Shown piece after piece: positions 38,573 through 49,412 of a DNA stretch of 64,000 bases. Position 1 is the first letter of the stretch. Each line of letters begins with the position of its first letter. The notes beneath the pieces are model-generated. The model was not told where the DNA came from. It saw only the letters and a program-made list of their open reading frames with translations, and did not search any database. A program made the position numbers and the translations under genes. The DNA comes from an uncultured Nitrososphaeraceae archaeon (GTDB lineage: Archaea; Thermoproteota; Nitrososphaeria; Nitrososphaerales; Nitrososphaeraceae), in NCBI GenBank assembly GCA_963729045.1, contig CAVSMN010000012.1:192001-256000 (forward strand), read 5' to 3'.

Positions 38573-39450
38573 TTTTTTATTTCAATGGAATCTATGATCC
38601 CATAAAGTGGAAAGTTATGAAAATGATCGGCTATTTTGTTATCAAGGAAAATAATTTGAATTAGCTCAAAATTATTGAGTATAAATACTACCTTACTATT
38701 CTCAGATACAAGTTTATCATCTGTAAAAAAGTCTACTGTTCCGTCGATAAATATGGTGTCATCATTTCCAAAAAACACATTTCCATCGCCATTGAAATTG
38801 TTAACTGTATGCCAGTGAAATCCTTTGGCATTTGAGGAGATCATTACGAATTTTGAATCAAAAAATTCAACTTTCGAAGAATTAATATTCATCTCCCAAT
38901 TGCCGGAAACTATTGTTGAAATATTCTTATTAATGAGGCTACCAGAGTCATTAGCATTTACATCGTTACTAATGGTTGGATTTCCTTTTTCAATGGATTG
39001 AATAATAATACCTGAAAGCATTGAAACCAAATTATTTGATAAGTTATCGGTCTGATTCAATTGACCTATCCCAGTAGTATCCTCACGAGTGCTCTGACTT
39101 AAGTTCATGTTTGATTGTGAACTGTCTGTGCTGATTACGCTATCATTCCGTTGCGTAGGTGATTCAGTTTGATGCGAATTTTGAATATTCATACCAAGAG
39201 GTGAAGACGTAATTAATTGATTATTTTCATTGGATCCGTTATTTGGAATTAGCGATGTATTCAAGGTGGAAACCAGGAATCCCGAAAGTGCAAAGGTATT
39301 GTTGACATCAAGTCTGCTGCTCTTTGAATCCAAGCTTTTTTCTTTAAACAAGATATTTTTTGTTTCGGCAAGTACGGCATGGAAAGTACTTTGAGTGAAA
39401 TAGAGCAAGAAAACTAATATGAGTAGTAGTAAAATTCTTGTCAAATCCAA
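38569..39450 (-). CDS. Hypothetical exported protein
   Basis: N-terminal signal/TM, Ser/Asn-rich linker, C-terminal beta domain ([17 protein letters not shown]). Confidence 0.7.
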   Translation of the reverse strand: MDLTRILLLLILVFLLYFTQSTFHAVLAETKNILFKEKSLDSKSSRLDVNNTFALSGFLVSTLNTSLIPNNGSNENNQLITSSPLGMNIQNSHQTESPTQRNDSVISTDSSQSNMNLSQSTREDTTGIGQLNQTDNLSNNLVSMLSGIIIQSIEKGNPTISNDVNANDSGSLINKNISTIVSGNWEMNINSSKVEFFDSKFVMISSNAKGFHWHTVNNFNGDGNVFFGNDDTIFIDGTVDFFTDDKLVSENSKVVFILNNFELIQIIFLDNKIADHFHNFPLYGIIDSIEIKN

Positions 39451-39544
39451 TAATTATAATATTACTGATTTTTTTTAAATAAATTTCTTTCCTTAGTAAA
39501 TTTAATCCAAAAATTTATGAATCTTAAAGTCCTATAAACTTGCA

Positions 39545-39763
39545 ATGTTGAACAAAGATCAATTTTTTGATTTCTTAAAATTACATAACAACATGGAATT
39601 TTCTAAAGAAGAGATTATTAATCGCTTTGCAGAGTCTAAAAATGAGGAGCAAAATATAGACTCGCTGTTGTCTGAACTTGAGGTTGAATCTACTTATACG
39701 AACTCAAATCTGATTGCATCATGTAAAGCTGGAACCGTATACTATAAGTGGAAAAGATCTTAA
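39545..39763 (+). CDS. Small hypothetical protein (possible winged-helix)
   Basis: 72-aa ORF with an upstream TTTATGAA element and a helical-then-beta pattern ending GTVYYKW. Confidence 0.55.
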   Translation: MLNKDQFFDFLKLHNNMEFSKEEIINRFAESKNEEQNIDSLLSELEVESTYTNSNLIASCKAGTVYYKWKRS

Positions 39764-39794
39764 TACCGATATTTGATTTTTAATTTTATCGAGT

Positions 39795-40130
39795 TCAATA
39801 ACCGTTGACTTCAATATCCTCAAATTCACTGTGGATTAAATCCAGCACTTCATAAAGCGTATTAAGGTAAACAATTTCATCAGATTTGCAATTCATACCA
39901 TACGCATAATTTATTCTAGAATTCAATAAATTATTCATATTTTTTGTACAGGTATAATTCAAAAGTATTACGTAATTTCCCAGTAAATTTTTGTTAATGA
40001 ACATTTTTTTACTAGTTGATTTGGATTCGATTCTAATACCTTCGTCAGAATCCAGGAACGTTAACAATTGCAAAAGGATTTTCTCAGTGGGATTAACTAT
40101 CAAATAATTACAGAGTAAATTACAAACCAA
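39795..40130 (-). CDS. Hypothetical protein
   Basis: 111-aa ORF filling the gap, divergent from purC; start uncertain. Confidence 0.45.
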   Translation of the reverse strand: MVCNLLCNYLIVNPTEKILLQLLTFLDSDEGIRIESKSTSKKMFINKNLLGNYVILLNYTCTKNMNNLLNSRINYAYGMNCKSDEIVYLNTLYEVLDLIHSEFEDIEVNGY

Positions 40131-40172
40131 TCAATTTAAAACTTATAATTAACATGTGGAAAGTTTATCAAG

Positions 40173-41036
40173 TTGAAACTAATCAAGAAAGGCAAAGTAA
40201 AGGATATTTATGAAACCAATGACAACACATTAATTTTTTCTTTTTCTGATAGGATATCTGCCTTTGACGTTATTCTAAACGATGAAATTCCTTATAAAGG
40301 AAAAATCCTGTGTGATTTTGCTCTTTTTTGGTTTAAGATCTTGAAAGGGAAAAACCACCTTAGGAGAAGAATAGATGCCAATAAGATTGAAGTAGCAAAG
40401 CTGAACATGATTCCAATAGAGTGCGTAGTTCGATCATACTTATATGGAAGCTTATATTCTAGGTATCTTCAGGATACTATAGATATTCCTGGGACGGAGG
40501 AATATTTTGCAGATAAGAATTTGCAATTAGCTTCAAAATTACCCGGTCTTGTGTTTGATCCGACTACTAAATCTGATCAACATGACATACCTATCACGGA
40601 AACAGAAATTATTAAAGATAAGATAGTGAGTCAAACGGAATTAATTCAAATAAAAGAGCTATCCCTAGAGTTGTTTACGCAAGTAAATACCACCGTTTCT
40701 GCTTGCGGTTTTATTCTTTCAGATATCAAATTTGAATTCGGAAAAGACCCAACGACAGGAGAAATAATGCTCGGAGATTCGATTGGACCTGATGAATTTC
40801 GAATTTGGAATAAAGATGATTACCAAGTTGGACAGATTCAGGATAGTTATGACAAACAAATATTAAGAGATTGGCTACAAGAAATCGGCTTCAGACAAGA
40901 AGTAGAAAAATGCAATATTACTAATACTAAACCAAATATTCCAAAGTTACCCAAGGATATAATCGAAAAAGTGTCTCAGCGGTACGTTGATGCTTATGAG
41001 CGCATAACAGGAGCTACTTTTACAAGGTTGGACTAA
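40173..41036 (+). CDS. purC: SAICAR synthetase
   Basis: KGKVKDIY, SDRISAFD, IPIECVVR, PTTK..HD, DIKFEFG, DSIGPDEFR, SYDKQILRDWL. Confidence 0.97.
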   Translation: MKLIKKGKVKDIYETNDNTLIFSFSDRISAFDVILNDEIPYKGKILCDFALFWFKILKGKNHLRRRIDANKIEVAKLNMIPIECVVRSYLYGSLYSRYLQDTIDIPGTEEYFADKNLQLASKLPGLVFDPTTKSDQHDIPITETEIIKDKIVSQTELIQIKELSLELFTQVNTTVSACGFILSDIKFEFGKDPTTGEIMLGDSIGPDEFRIWNKDDYQVGQIQDSYDKQILRDWLQEIGFRQEVEKCNITNTKPNIPKLPKDIIEKVSQRYVDAYERITGATFTRLD

Positions 41037-41066
41037 TGAAGCAAACAATTGGGTGGTCATCGTTAT

Positions 41067-41504
41067 TTATTCTACACTTATGATTAGCAGGCCTTTTTTT
41101 GAAGGGTCTCTCAATAACTCTACCATCTTCCTAGGAACGTGTATGGCACTAACATTACAACTTAGGCACAGGGTCCGATTACAAATAAAATTGCTCCTTC
41201 TTAAAACAATATCGTGAGCATGTGTAAGGAGAAGGTTATCATTGCCAAACCCATGTATTTTGAAGGTAAACGGTTCAACAACCAAATCTATTTTTATAAA
41301 AGATTGGTTACTCCTGATCCTATTCTTCATGCCACTCGTTAGATCGGAGCATGATTTGGTTGCGTTGACTCCTATAATACAATCACCATTTGGTGTCAAA
41401 TTAGGATCTTTGGTGATTTCTATAGTTCGAGCATGGAGCGATCGAATATTCTTATGGCCACAAAATTGGATTTCTTCTGTTAACAACTGGCCAACTTTAT
41501 TCAT
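41067..41504 (-). CDS. DUF371 family protein
   Basis: GHKNIRSLHARTIEITKDPNLTPNGDCIIGV, DIVLRRS. Confidence 0.88.
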   Translation of the reverse strand: MNKVGQLLTEEIQFCGHKNIRSLHARTIEITKDPNLTPNGDCIIGVNATKSCSDLTSGMKNRIRSNQSFIKIDLVVEPFTFKIHGFGNDNLLLTHAHDIVLRRSNFICNRTLCLSCNVSAIHVPRKMVELLRDPSKKGLLIISVE

Positions 41505-41578
41505 ATTATTGGGTAAATAATCCTTTATTTTTTAAATAAGGTAACTATAAATAAAGATTTAGAAGTAATCTAGTTGAT

Positions 41579-42310
41579 TTGTTACCAGCAGCAGCAGGTT
41601 ATGATAGAGGAATTACTGTTTTCTCACCTGATGGGCGATTATATCAGGTTGAATATGCAATTGAAACCGTTAGGAGAGGCACTTTAGCTTTAGGGATTAA
41701 AAGCACAGATGGTGTAATCCTTGCAGTAGAAGAGAAAACGAGAAAATTGCAGATATCTAATGTAACTCAAAAAATATTTCAGATAGATGATCATATAGGT
41801 CTTGCCGCAGCAGGGTATATTCCAGACGCTCGTACTCAGGTTGACCACGCACGATTTTTTGCCCAGAGCAATCGCCTTATATATGATGAAGTAGTTGACG
41901 TTGAAGGCGTTGCAAAAAACCTTGCTGATATGGCTCAACAGTATACCCAATATGCTGGAGCCAGGCCATTCGGTGTCGCATTGATATTGGCTGGTGTCGA
42001 CAAGAATGGAATAGGCTTGTATCTTACTGACCCAAGTGGTACATACATCGGATACGATGCTGTGGCAATTGGTGCAGGAAGCGAACAAGTAACTGAACAC
42101 TTAGAAAAGACTTATAGGAATGATATTAGTCTCGATAAAGCTTGTGTACTTGCAATTGAATCTATTTTCATGGTCAGTGAAGAAAAGACCGGCACTAAAC
42201 ACATTAGATTGGCTGTTATTGATTCAAAATCAAAAACTTTGCGAATGATGCCGTTAGAAGAAATAGAGAATTATTCAAAACAAGTTCAAGATAAAGAAAG
42301 TCAATCTTAA
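41579..42310 (+). CDS. psmA: Proteasome subunit alpha
   Basis: GYDRGITVFSPDGRLYQVEYA, YTQYAGARPFGV, TDPSG. Confidence 0.97.
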   Translation: MLPAAAGYDRGITVFSPDGRLYQVEYAIETVRRGTLALGIKSTDGVILAVEEKTRKLQISNVTQKIFQIDDHIGLAAAGYIPDARTQVDHARFFAQSNRLIYDEVVDVEGVAKNLADMAQQYTQYAGARPFGVALILAGVDKNGIGLYLTDPSGTYIGYDAVAIGAGSEQVTEHLEKTYRNDISLDKACVLAIESIFMVSEEKTGTKHIRLAVIDSKSKTLRMMPLEEIENYSKQVQDKESQS

Positions 42311-42399
42311 CTTGTTTTGATTTATTTTTTCAAAATAGTATTTTAATTGTATATACGACCATTTAAATAATTCTTATTTTATTGAAAAATTGATTATCA

Positions 42400-43066
42400 A
42401 TGGCGATAGAAATTGGTTCCAAAGCACCTAATTTGCAAGTTTCTAAATGGGTACAAGGCACATACAACAAATATAGATAAATTGGCTGGAAATGTAGTCG
42501 TTGTTGAAGTGTTTCAAGTTAATTGTCCAGGATGTTTTCTATATGGAATTCCGCAGGCAATTTCGCTATATGAAAAATTTAAGGACAAAAATGTTAAGGT
42601 ATTAGGAGTCGCAACTGCATTCGAAGATTATGACAAGAACACCCTACAAAACCTTGAAATTTTGCTTTCAGAAAATCAAGTAATTGGAGAGACATTTAGA
42701 GCATTAAAACAGCATGGTAAATTAGTTGATGAAAACAAGTTATATTACAAGATACCATTTCCAGTAGCTTTTGATAAAGTTATCAGAATGCCCGTCGAAG
42801 TTTCAGACAAGATGATTTTTGATTTTATTGAAATATATTTTTCTGATTTTTCTACATTTTCTGACAAAGATAAAACAGACCTTATTGACAAGGTACGAAA
42901 TTATTTACAGAATAAGGAATTCTCGGCATTGACATTTGAGACTTATAGACTGAGGGGGACACCCTCATCTATAGTTGTAGATAAAGAAGGAATATTGAGG
43001 TATAGTTTTTTTGGATCTGAAGGTTATTTGGAAGGAGCAGTGAACGAGTTACTAAATGAACGGTGA
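42400..43066 (+). CDS. Thioredoxin-like redoxin (TlpA/AhpC-TSA-like), frameshifted near the N-terminus
   Basis: MAIEIGSKAPNLQVSKWVQG from 42400, then VEVFQVNCPGC and GTPSSIVVDKEG in the other frame. Confidence 0.82.
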
Positions 43067-43930
43067 TTTATATTTCAAATTCACTGAAATTTGATGTTTC
43101 TATTCCAGATTCGTTCTTGTATGACGTTTCGACAGAAATTGATAAAACACTAAAAATCTTTCAATTATCAAGAGCATTATCGATTTTTAGAGTTAATAAC
43201 ATATTTATTTATCACGATAAACTATTGAATACGAGCAAGGATGATCTCCAATTCATGGTAACCATCCTTGAATATCTTGATACACCCAGTACTTAAGGAG
43301 GAAAATTTATCCTAAACTTGAAATATTGAAAAACGTTGGAAAGCTTCATCCAATAAGATCACATCATCATAAGGACCGGATAGAAATAAGTGACGTCAAA
43401 ACTGGGGAAATTAGGGTTGGAGTTGTTGAGAAAAGAAGGGATATCTATTTTGTAGATGTTGGATTAAGATTTCCAATCAAATACGATGGAAAATTTAAGC
43501 ATGATGGTAGGAAAGTAAATGTAAAGTTACTAAAGCATAAAAATTACATTAATGCGATTGATATCGAAAAAAACGAAATAACAGAAAAATACTGGGGATA
43601 CAATGTAAATCAAATAAAAGAACTAAAAAATATTATGGAAAAATTTCCTGTATCAAACATTATCCTTACATCTAAATATTCAAAATACTTTAATCCTTAT
43701 GAGAATGAATTTTCTAAGGTGAATAGATCTTTAAACAACAATTCAATCTTAGTCGTATTTGGATCACCAAAATTTGGATTGAATTCTATCTTGTCAAAGG
43801 AGAAAATGAACATTTCCAAGTATTATTCCTTTAACTTCTTCCCAAATCAAGGTACTCAAACAGTTAGATTAGAAGAGTCAATTTACGGTGTTTTGTCTAT
43901 CCTGAATATCTGTTTACCGTACCTCTGTAG
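43063..43930 (+). CDS. SPOUT-class RNA methyltransferase (DUF171 type), frameshifted
   Basis: VSIPDSFL..RALSIFRV..LEYLDTP, QYLRRKIYP in the next frame, VVFGSPKFGL, FFPNQGTQTVRLEES; probable true stop TAG at 43928-43930. Confidence 0.85.
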
Positions 43931-43985
43931 TCAGGTTTATAGCGATAATAAACTTATTAAAGGGATCGGAAAAATTTTTGTATCT

Positions 43986-44984
43986 ATGGGTCACCGAAAA
44001 TATAGCGCACCACGAAGAGGTAGCATCGCATTTCGACCACGGGCCAGAGCACAAAGCTTAGAAGCTAGAGTAAGAACATGGCCCGAAAATTTTAGTCGTG
44101 ATAATGTTGGCTTGGTTGGATTTGCCGGTTTTAAAGTAGGTCAAATTCAGGTAATGACAATTGATGATAAGGAGAAGACTCCAAATTATGGTAAACCATT
44201 AATGAATCATTCTACAGTGATATCTTTACCGCCTTTAAAAATAGTTGGAATCCGAGGTTATTCTGAAGATGGATATGGTAAGCATGCGATATTCGATGTA
44301 TATGCTAAAGAAAGTATTAAAGATTTATCTTCAAAGTACAAAACAAAATATTCTGAGGATGGATTAAAAAAAGCTGAAGGAATGATCGAATCTGTTAAGC
44401 ACTTAAACGCTGTAGTCGCAGTTTTTCCTAATAAAATTGGGATATCACAAAAAGTCCCATTTATTTACGAAATTCCAGTATCAGGAGGCGATAATAAGAT
44501 CAAGTTTGAATTCTTAAAATCTAAACTAGGTCAAGAAGTGAGAGTAACTGATGTTTTTAAGACAGGACAGAATATCGATGTTCATGGGATTACCAGGGGT
44601 AAGGGTGTTGAAGGTCCAGTTACGAGATTTGGTGTTAAAAGAAAACAACACAAATCACGAAAGAGTGTTAGAGCTGTTGGAACGTTAGGACCTATCTCAC
44701 CTGCAGTGGTAATGTATACTGTGGCAAGACAAGGACAACGAGGGTTTCACCAGCGCACCGAATATAACAAGAGAATCCTAGTAATGTCAAATTCAGATAA
44801 TACTGAATTGGTAAATATTAATCCAAAAGGAGGGTTCAAACATTTTGGGTTGGTGGATGGAGATTATATGATAGTTAGAGGAACTATACCTGGAGTACCA
44901 AAGAGATTAATAAAGTTGAGACAACCAATAAGGAGCAAACAATCAAAAATAAGCGAACCCAAGGTATTGGAGGTAATTGTGTAG
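43986..44984 (+). CDS. rpl3: 50S ribosomal protein L3
   Basis: MGHRKYSAPRRGSIAFRPR, TRGKGVEGPVTRFG, GFHQRTEYNKRI, GTIPG. Confidence 0.97.
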   Translation: MGHRKYSAPRRGSIAFRPRARAQSLEARVRTWPENFSRDNVGLVGFAGFKVGQIQVMTIDDKEKTPNYGKPLMNHSTVISLPPLKIVGIRGYSEDGYGKHAIFDVYAKESIKDLSSKYKTKYSEDGLKKAEGMIESVKHLNAVVAVFPNKIGISQKVPFIYEIPVSGGDNKIKFEFLKSKLGQEVRVTDVFKTGQNIDVHGITRGKGVEGPVTRFGVKRKQHKSRKSVRAVGTLGPISPAVVMYTVARQGQRGFHQRTEYNKRILVMSNSDNTELVNINPKGGFKHFGLVDGDYMIVRGTIPGVPKRLIKLRQPIRSKQSKISEPKVLEVIV

Positions 44985-45798
44985 ATGAAAACTAAACTAT
45001 TCGACTTAAAAGGTAATCAAACCGAGGATATAGATCTACCATATATTATTTAATTTTCCATATCGTCCTGAGATTATTAAAAAAGCATTCGTCAATCTGT
45101 ATTCACATCGTTTCCAGAAACAGGGTAGGTATCCAGCTGCCGGGGAGATAGTGAGCGCTGAATCTAGGAATACCGGTTTAGGAATCGCTCGACTTGCAAG
45201 AGCAAAAGGTGAAGGATTTTCTCGTGCAGGACAAGCAGCCGGAGTAGCAGGTGTTAGAAAAGGCAGACTTGCACATCCTCCGGAATCTTGGAAGGTCACT
45301 CATAAAAAACTGAACAAGAAGGAAAATAATATCGCTCTTCTCTCTGCTATATCATCAACCCGTCAAAGTGAACTAGTAATCAGCAGAGGTCATTCAATAG
45401 GAGGTATAAAATCTTTTCCTATTGTAGTAACTAACGATATTGAGAATGTGGGTAAAACCAAAAACTTGCTTGACATTTTACGTCTATTAGGTTTAGAAGA
45501 AGATATTAAAAGAGTTGAACAATCAATCAAGAAGCGTTCAGGGAAGGCCAGGAGAAGAGGCCGTCCTAATCGTATTGGCAAAAGTGCTTTGATAATTGTT
45601 GGAAATACAGAGTGTGAGTTATTGAAATTGGATAAATCTATACCTGGGATTGGTGTAAAATGTGTAAAGGATTTAAGCGTTTTAGACCTTGCTCCCGGTG
45701 CAAGACCAATAAGGTTAGTAGTGTTTTCGCAAGATGCATTAGACGAATTGAGTAATCTGAAAATTCCGAAAAATATGATTCTGGAGAACCTGACATGA
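44985..45798 (+). CDS. rpl4: 50S ribosomal protein L4, one inserted base near 45040
   Basis: MKTKLFDLKG..DLP, then FNFPYRPEIIKKAF..QGRYPAAGEIVSAES..GRLAHPP..LDLAPGA. Confidence 0.95.
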
Positions 45799-46094
45799 AT
45801 AAATTTTTGTATAATAAAAAAATTGAAATTAGTGCTGATATCGCAAGTAAGATAATTCTTGAGCCTTATGTGACCGAAAAGACATTCAATATTATAGAAA
45901 AAGAGAACAAACTTAGTTTTATCGTCCATAATAAGGCGACCAAAGGTCAAATCATTAAATCTATGAAGATAATTTATGAAGCAGAGATTAGCGAAGTAAA
46001 TACTTTTAATACCATTAGAGGTAAGAAAGCAATTATGAAATTCAAGAATGTGGATGGCGCAAGACAGCTCGCAACTAATTTAGGTTTAGTGTAA
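45795..46094 (+). CDS. rpl23: 50S ribosomal protein L23
   Basis: PYVTEKT..ENKLSFIV..ATKGQI..VNT..GKKA. Confidence 0.95.
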   Translation: MNKFLYNKKIEISADIASKIILEPYVTEKTFNIIEKENKLSFIVHNKATKGQIIKSMKIIYEAEISEVNTFNTIRGKKAIMKFKNVDGARQLATNLGLV

Positions 46095-46155
46095 AATATG
46101 GAAAATTTTGCTATAAAGACTGAATTAATATTTAAGTTTAGGGGTATGTAAAAAA

Positions 46156-46563
46156 ATGGTACGTGAATTTAAATTCAAAGGATATTCCGGAGAACAAATC
46201 CAAAAGCTATCAATTGAAACTCTCATGCCGCTCTTAAACTCAAGGCAAAGACGATCCTTGGACAAGAGGCTCTCTACTTATATGAATGACGAAAAGAGAA
46301 AATTCAGAGAAGATTTGAAATTAGCTAGGGATGGTAAACTTAAAGGTCAATTGAAAACCCATCTAAGAGATATGATTATTTTGCCAGACATGATCGGATT
46401 AACAGTTTTGGTTCATAATGGAAAAGAATTTGTCTCTTATGTTATAAAGCCAGAAATGGTGGGTCATTATCTGGGCGAATACGCTATTACGAATAAACGA
46501 GTTCAACATGGAGCACCTGGTGTTGGTTCATCACGTTCAAGCTTGTATGTCCCATTGAAGTGA
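46156..46563 (+). CDS. rps19: 30S ribosomal protein S19
   Basis: KTHLRDMIILP, VHNGKEF, PEMVGHYLGEY. Confidence 0.97.
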   Translation: MVREFKFKGYSGEQIQKLSIETLMPLLNSRQRRSLDKRLSTYMNDEKRKFREDLKLARDGKLKGQLKTHLRDMIILPDMIGLTVLVHNGKEFVSYVIKPEMVGHYLGEYAITNKRVQHGAPGVGSSRSSLYVPLK

Positions 46564-46568
46564 TATAG

Positions 46569-47042
46569 ATGCCAGATTATTCTTATTCATTTCAAAAGTA
46601 TGAAAAGTCAAGACATGTAAGGGCTGCAATAAGGGACAAATCTATTTCACATAAGCATTCCAGAGAAATTGCTATAGCTATAAACAACAAGAGCATAGAA
46701 AAAGCAAGGGAGTTCCTGGAGGATGTTTTGATAAGAAAAATAGCAGTTCCGTACCGGAGATATAACAATGAAGTAGCTCATAGGTCAAATATCCAAGATG
46801 GTTTTTGCTCTGGTAGATATCCACACAAATCAACATCCGAGTTCTTGAAGTTACTAGACAACCTAGAATCTAATGCAGAGTACAAGGGAATGGATTTGGA
46901 TAGACTCAAAATCATTTCCGTAGTTGTACATAAGGGAACAAAATTGAAAAGATTCACTCCTAGAGCCATGGGAAGAGCAAGTCCCAAATATGATACTCTA
47001 GTTCATGTTGAAATTGTAGCCATGGAAGGCAGGTCATCTTAA
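46569..47042 (+). CDS. rpl22: 50S ribosomal protein L22
   Basis: ISHKHSREI, GRYP.K, NAEYKGMD, PRAMGRA. Confidence 0.97.
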   Translation: MPDYSYSFQKYEKSRHVRAAIRDKSISHKHSREIAIAINNKSIEKAREFLEDVLIRKIAVPYRRYNNEVAHRSNIQDGFCSGRYPHKSTSEFLKLLDNLESNAEYKGMDLDRLKIISVVVHKGTKLKRFTPRAMGRASPKYDTLVHVEIVAMEGRSS

Positions 47043-47771
47043 TTGAATGCAATCAAAAACGTGTTAAAAAACAATTATCGTAATACTGAATTAGACGAAT
47101 TTCTAAAAGAGGAATTAAAGGATGCCGGCTTTGGAGGGGCTGATATCCAAAAATCACCCCTGGGTACTAGACTAACCTTGTATGTAACAAGACCAGGACT
47201 TGTTATTGGAAGGAAGGGCAGTGGTATTAGAGATCTTACATCTAAGTTGGAGGTGAAATTCGGATTAACCAATCCACAAATTTCAGTCGTTGAGGTAGAA
47301 GTACCAGAACTAAATCCAAAAATAATGTGTAACAGGTTAGCACAACTCATTGAAAGAGGCACTGCTTTCAGGCGAGCTGCATTGTGGACAGTAAATACAA
47401 TAAAGAATGCTGGGGCACTCGGCGTTGAGGTTACCATTTCTGGAAAGTTACGTAGTGAAAGGGCTCATTTTGAAAAACATTCTTCTGGGATTATTCCTAA
47501 AAGTGGCAACATGGCTGATAGAGTCGTCCGTGAAGGGATTACACATGTCCTAACAAAAATGGGAATCATGGGGATTCGACTAAAAATTGCGATAAAAAAT
47601 GCTACGCCACCAGAATTTGAACTCATCACTAATTTTAAAGATCATAACAATCAAAAAAACCAACCAGATGATAAGAATTTGTCAGATTCAAATGAAAGTA
47701 ATATGCAAGAACCAAATGAAGAAAAACAGCAGAAAGAAATATTAGAAAATAGGGGAGAGATAAATAAATAA
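47043..47771 (+). CDS. rps3: 30S ribosomal protein S3
   Basis: RPGLVIGRKG (KH domain), ERGTAFRRA, ISGKLRSERA. Confidence 0.97.
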   Translation: MNAIKNVLKNNYRNTELDEFLKEELKDAGFGGADIQKSPLGTRLTLYVTRPGLVIGRKGSGIRDLTSKLEVKFGLTNPQISVVEVEVPELNPKIMCNRLAQLIERGTAFRRAALWTVNTIKNAGALGVEVTISGKLRSERAHFEKHSSGIIPKSGNMADRVVREGITHVLTKMGIMGIRLKIAIKNATPPEFELITNFKDHNNQKNQPDDKNLSDSNESNMQEPNEEKQQKEILENRGEINK

Positions 47772-47981
47772 TTGTCAAGAAATAAAACCAAAACATTAAG
47801 ACAATTTAACGACGATGATCTTAAGGATAAATTAAGTGATTTGAAGGTCGATTTGGCTAAGCTTCGTTCTGAGTCAATTAAAGGGACTTTAAAGAAAGAA
47901 GCTGGAGTTATTAGATGGAAGAGAAGGGACATTGCGAGAATCCTTACCTTGATGAATGAAAGAACTGGGGTTAAGAAATAG
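47772..47981 (+). CDS. rpl29: 50S ribosomal protein L29
   Basis: RRDIARILT; position after rps3. Confidence 0.93.
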   Translation: MSRNKTKTLRQFNDDDLKDKLSDLKVDLAKLRSESIKGTLKKEAGVIRWKRRDIARILTLMNERTGVKK

Positions 47982-47984
47982 AAA

Positions 47985-48261
47985 ATGCAGACAGGAAATT
48001 TAATACATTTTAATGAGTGTCTTGGTAGATTTGTTAATATTATTAAATCTAGAAATACAAGGAATTCGAACAGATCTGGAATTATTGTAAACGAAACGAA
48101 GAACATGTTATACTTGATTAACCGGGAAGACTAAAAACGTCATAAGGATTCCAAAAAGTGAAATCTGTGAATATGAAATTTGCCATTCAGGTGGAACATA
48201 TACACTAGATGGCAAGCGATTATTAGGCAGACCCGAGGAACTAGTTAACATACTAAAGTGA
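47985..48261 (+). CDS. rnp1: RNase P protein component 1 (Rpp29/POP4), one inserted base near 48120
   Basis: ECLG..V..SGIIVNETKNML, then IPKS..LDGKRLLGRPEE; usual position between rpl29 and rps17. Confidence 0.88.
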
Positions 48262-48266
48262 TTATC

Positions 48267-48590
48267 ATGGCTAAGAATATTGGTATCCAAGTAAAAGCTC
48301 CGAAGAAAACATGTACTAACAGATATTGTCCTTTTTGTGGCTCCCTGTCACTAAGAGGAAAATTGATAGTAGGGACGGTAGTTAGTCATAAAGGGAAAAA
48401 CATGGTTGTAGTAGAGCGAGAATATTCCAGATTTGTAGACAAGTATAAAAGATATGAGAGAAGCAAATCCAAAATCCATGCTTTCATCTCTGACTGCATG
48501 GATGTGTCTGATGGAAACAAAGTTAAAATTGCAGAATGTCGACCTTTGTCGAAAACCATTTCATTTGCTGTAGTGGAGGTAAGTGAATAA
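48267..48590 (+). CDS. rps17: 30S ribosomal protein S17
   Basis: MAKNIGI..CPFCGSLSLRG, KYKRYER, IAECRPLSKT. Confidence 0.97.
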   Translation: MAKNIGIQVKAPKKTCTNRYCPFCGSLSLRGKLIVGTVVSHKGKNMVVVEREYSRFVDKYKRYERSKSKIHAFISDCMDVSDGNKVKIAECRPLSKTISFAVVEVSE

Positions 48591-48592
48591 AC

Positions 48593-49027
48593 TTGTCAAC
48601 TAAATCAAGAGCCGTATCTTCGAGAGGAGTAGAAGAATTTAGGCCGTATGTTACAAGAGCACTTCCCATCATGGCAAATCTTGTCTGTGCAGACAATACC
48701 GGTGCAAAAATACTACAAATTGCTCAAGTTACAAGATACAAGGGAAGGCATTCGAGACTACCTGCAGCCGCAGTTGGTGATTTCGTTACAGTTACTGTAA
48801 AAAAAGGACCAGCTGAACTCAGAAAACAAATTTTTGGGGCCGTCATAGTCAGACAGAAATATCCAATCCGGAGGCTGAATGGTGTCCGAGTATCTTTTGA
48901 AGATAATGCTGCGGTTTTGGTTACAACAGAAGGCGAAATTAAAGGAACAGACTTGAAAGGGCCAGTAGCTGCAGAAGCTGCTGAAAAGTGGCCTAGAATT
49001 GCTAATTTAGCATCCATGATTATTTAA
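48593..49027 (+). CDS. rpl14: 50S ribosomal protein L14
   Basis: CADNTGAK, AVIVRQ, FEDNAAV, GPVAAEA. Confidence 0.97.
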   Translation: MSTKSRAVSSRGVEEFRPYVTRALPIMANLVCADNTGAKILQIAQVTRYKGRHSRLPAAAVGDFVTVTVKKGPAELRKQIFGAVIVRQKYPIRRLNGVRVSFEDNAAVLVTTEGEIKGTDLKGPVAAEAAEKWPRIANLASMII

Positions 49028-49405
49028 GTGAAAAAAATGAAAAGAAAATCAAATAATATATGTTCGAATTTATCCAACAACCTGAAGAAGGAGTATAATA
49101 CCAAGAGTTTGAGAATAGTAAAAGGCGATTCAGTCAAAATCATGCGAGGCGAATATAAGGGAGTAGAAGGAAAGGTAGAGAAACTAAATACTGTGAAGGG
49201 AAGATTAAGTATAGAAGGTGTTCAAAGGGAAAAAATCAAAGGCGGTCAAGTTAAAGTTCAGATTCATGCCTCCAATGTTCGTATAACCTCATTACACCTC
49301 GATGACAAATATCGAAAGAATAAGATAGGAAATCAGGAACAAATTAATAAATCCTCAAGAAAACAAACAGTGAATACACCTGAAAAAAATGAGGAAAAAA
49401 AGTGA
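49028..49405 (+). CDS. rpl24: 50S ribosomal protein L24
   Basis: KOW motif VKGDSVKIMRGEYKG; IHASNV. Confidence 0.95.
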   Translation: MKKMKRKSNNICSNLSNNLKKEYNTKSLRIVKGDSVKIMRGEYKGVEGKVEKLNTVKGRLSIEGVQREKIKGGQVKVQIHASNVRITSLHLDDKYRKNKIGNQEQINKSSRKQTVNTPEKNEEKK

Positions 49406-49412
49406 AAATTAA

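Noticed and set aside
43326..44984. Apparent SPOUT methyltransferase-L3 fusion (552-aa ORF)
   Set aside because: Adding one T near 43910 gives LNILFTVPL* with a stop at 43928-43930. A TTATTAAA element precedes the rpl3 ATG and the window is full of indels, so this is most likely an artefact.
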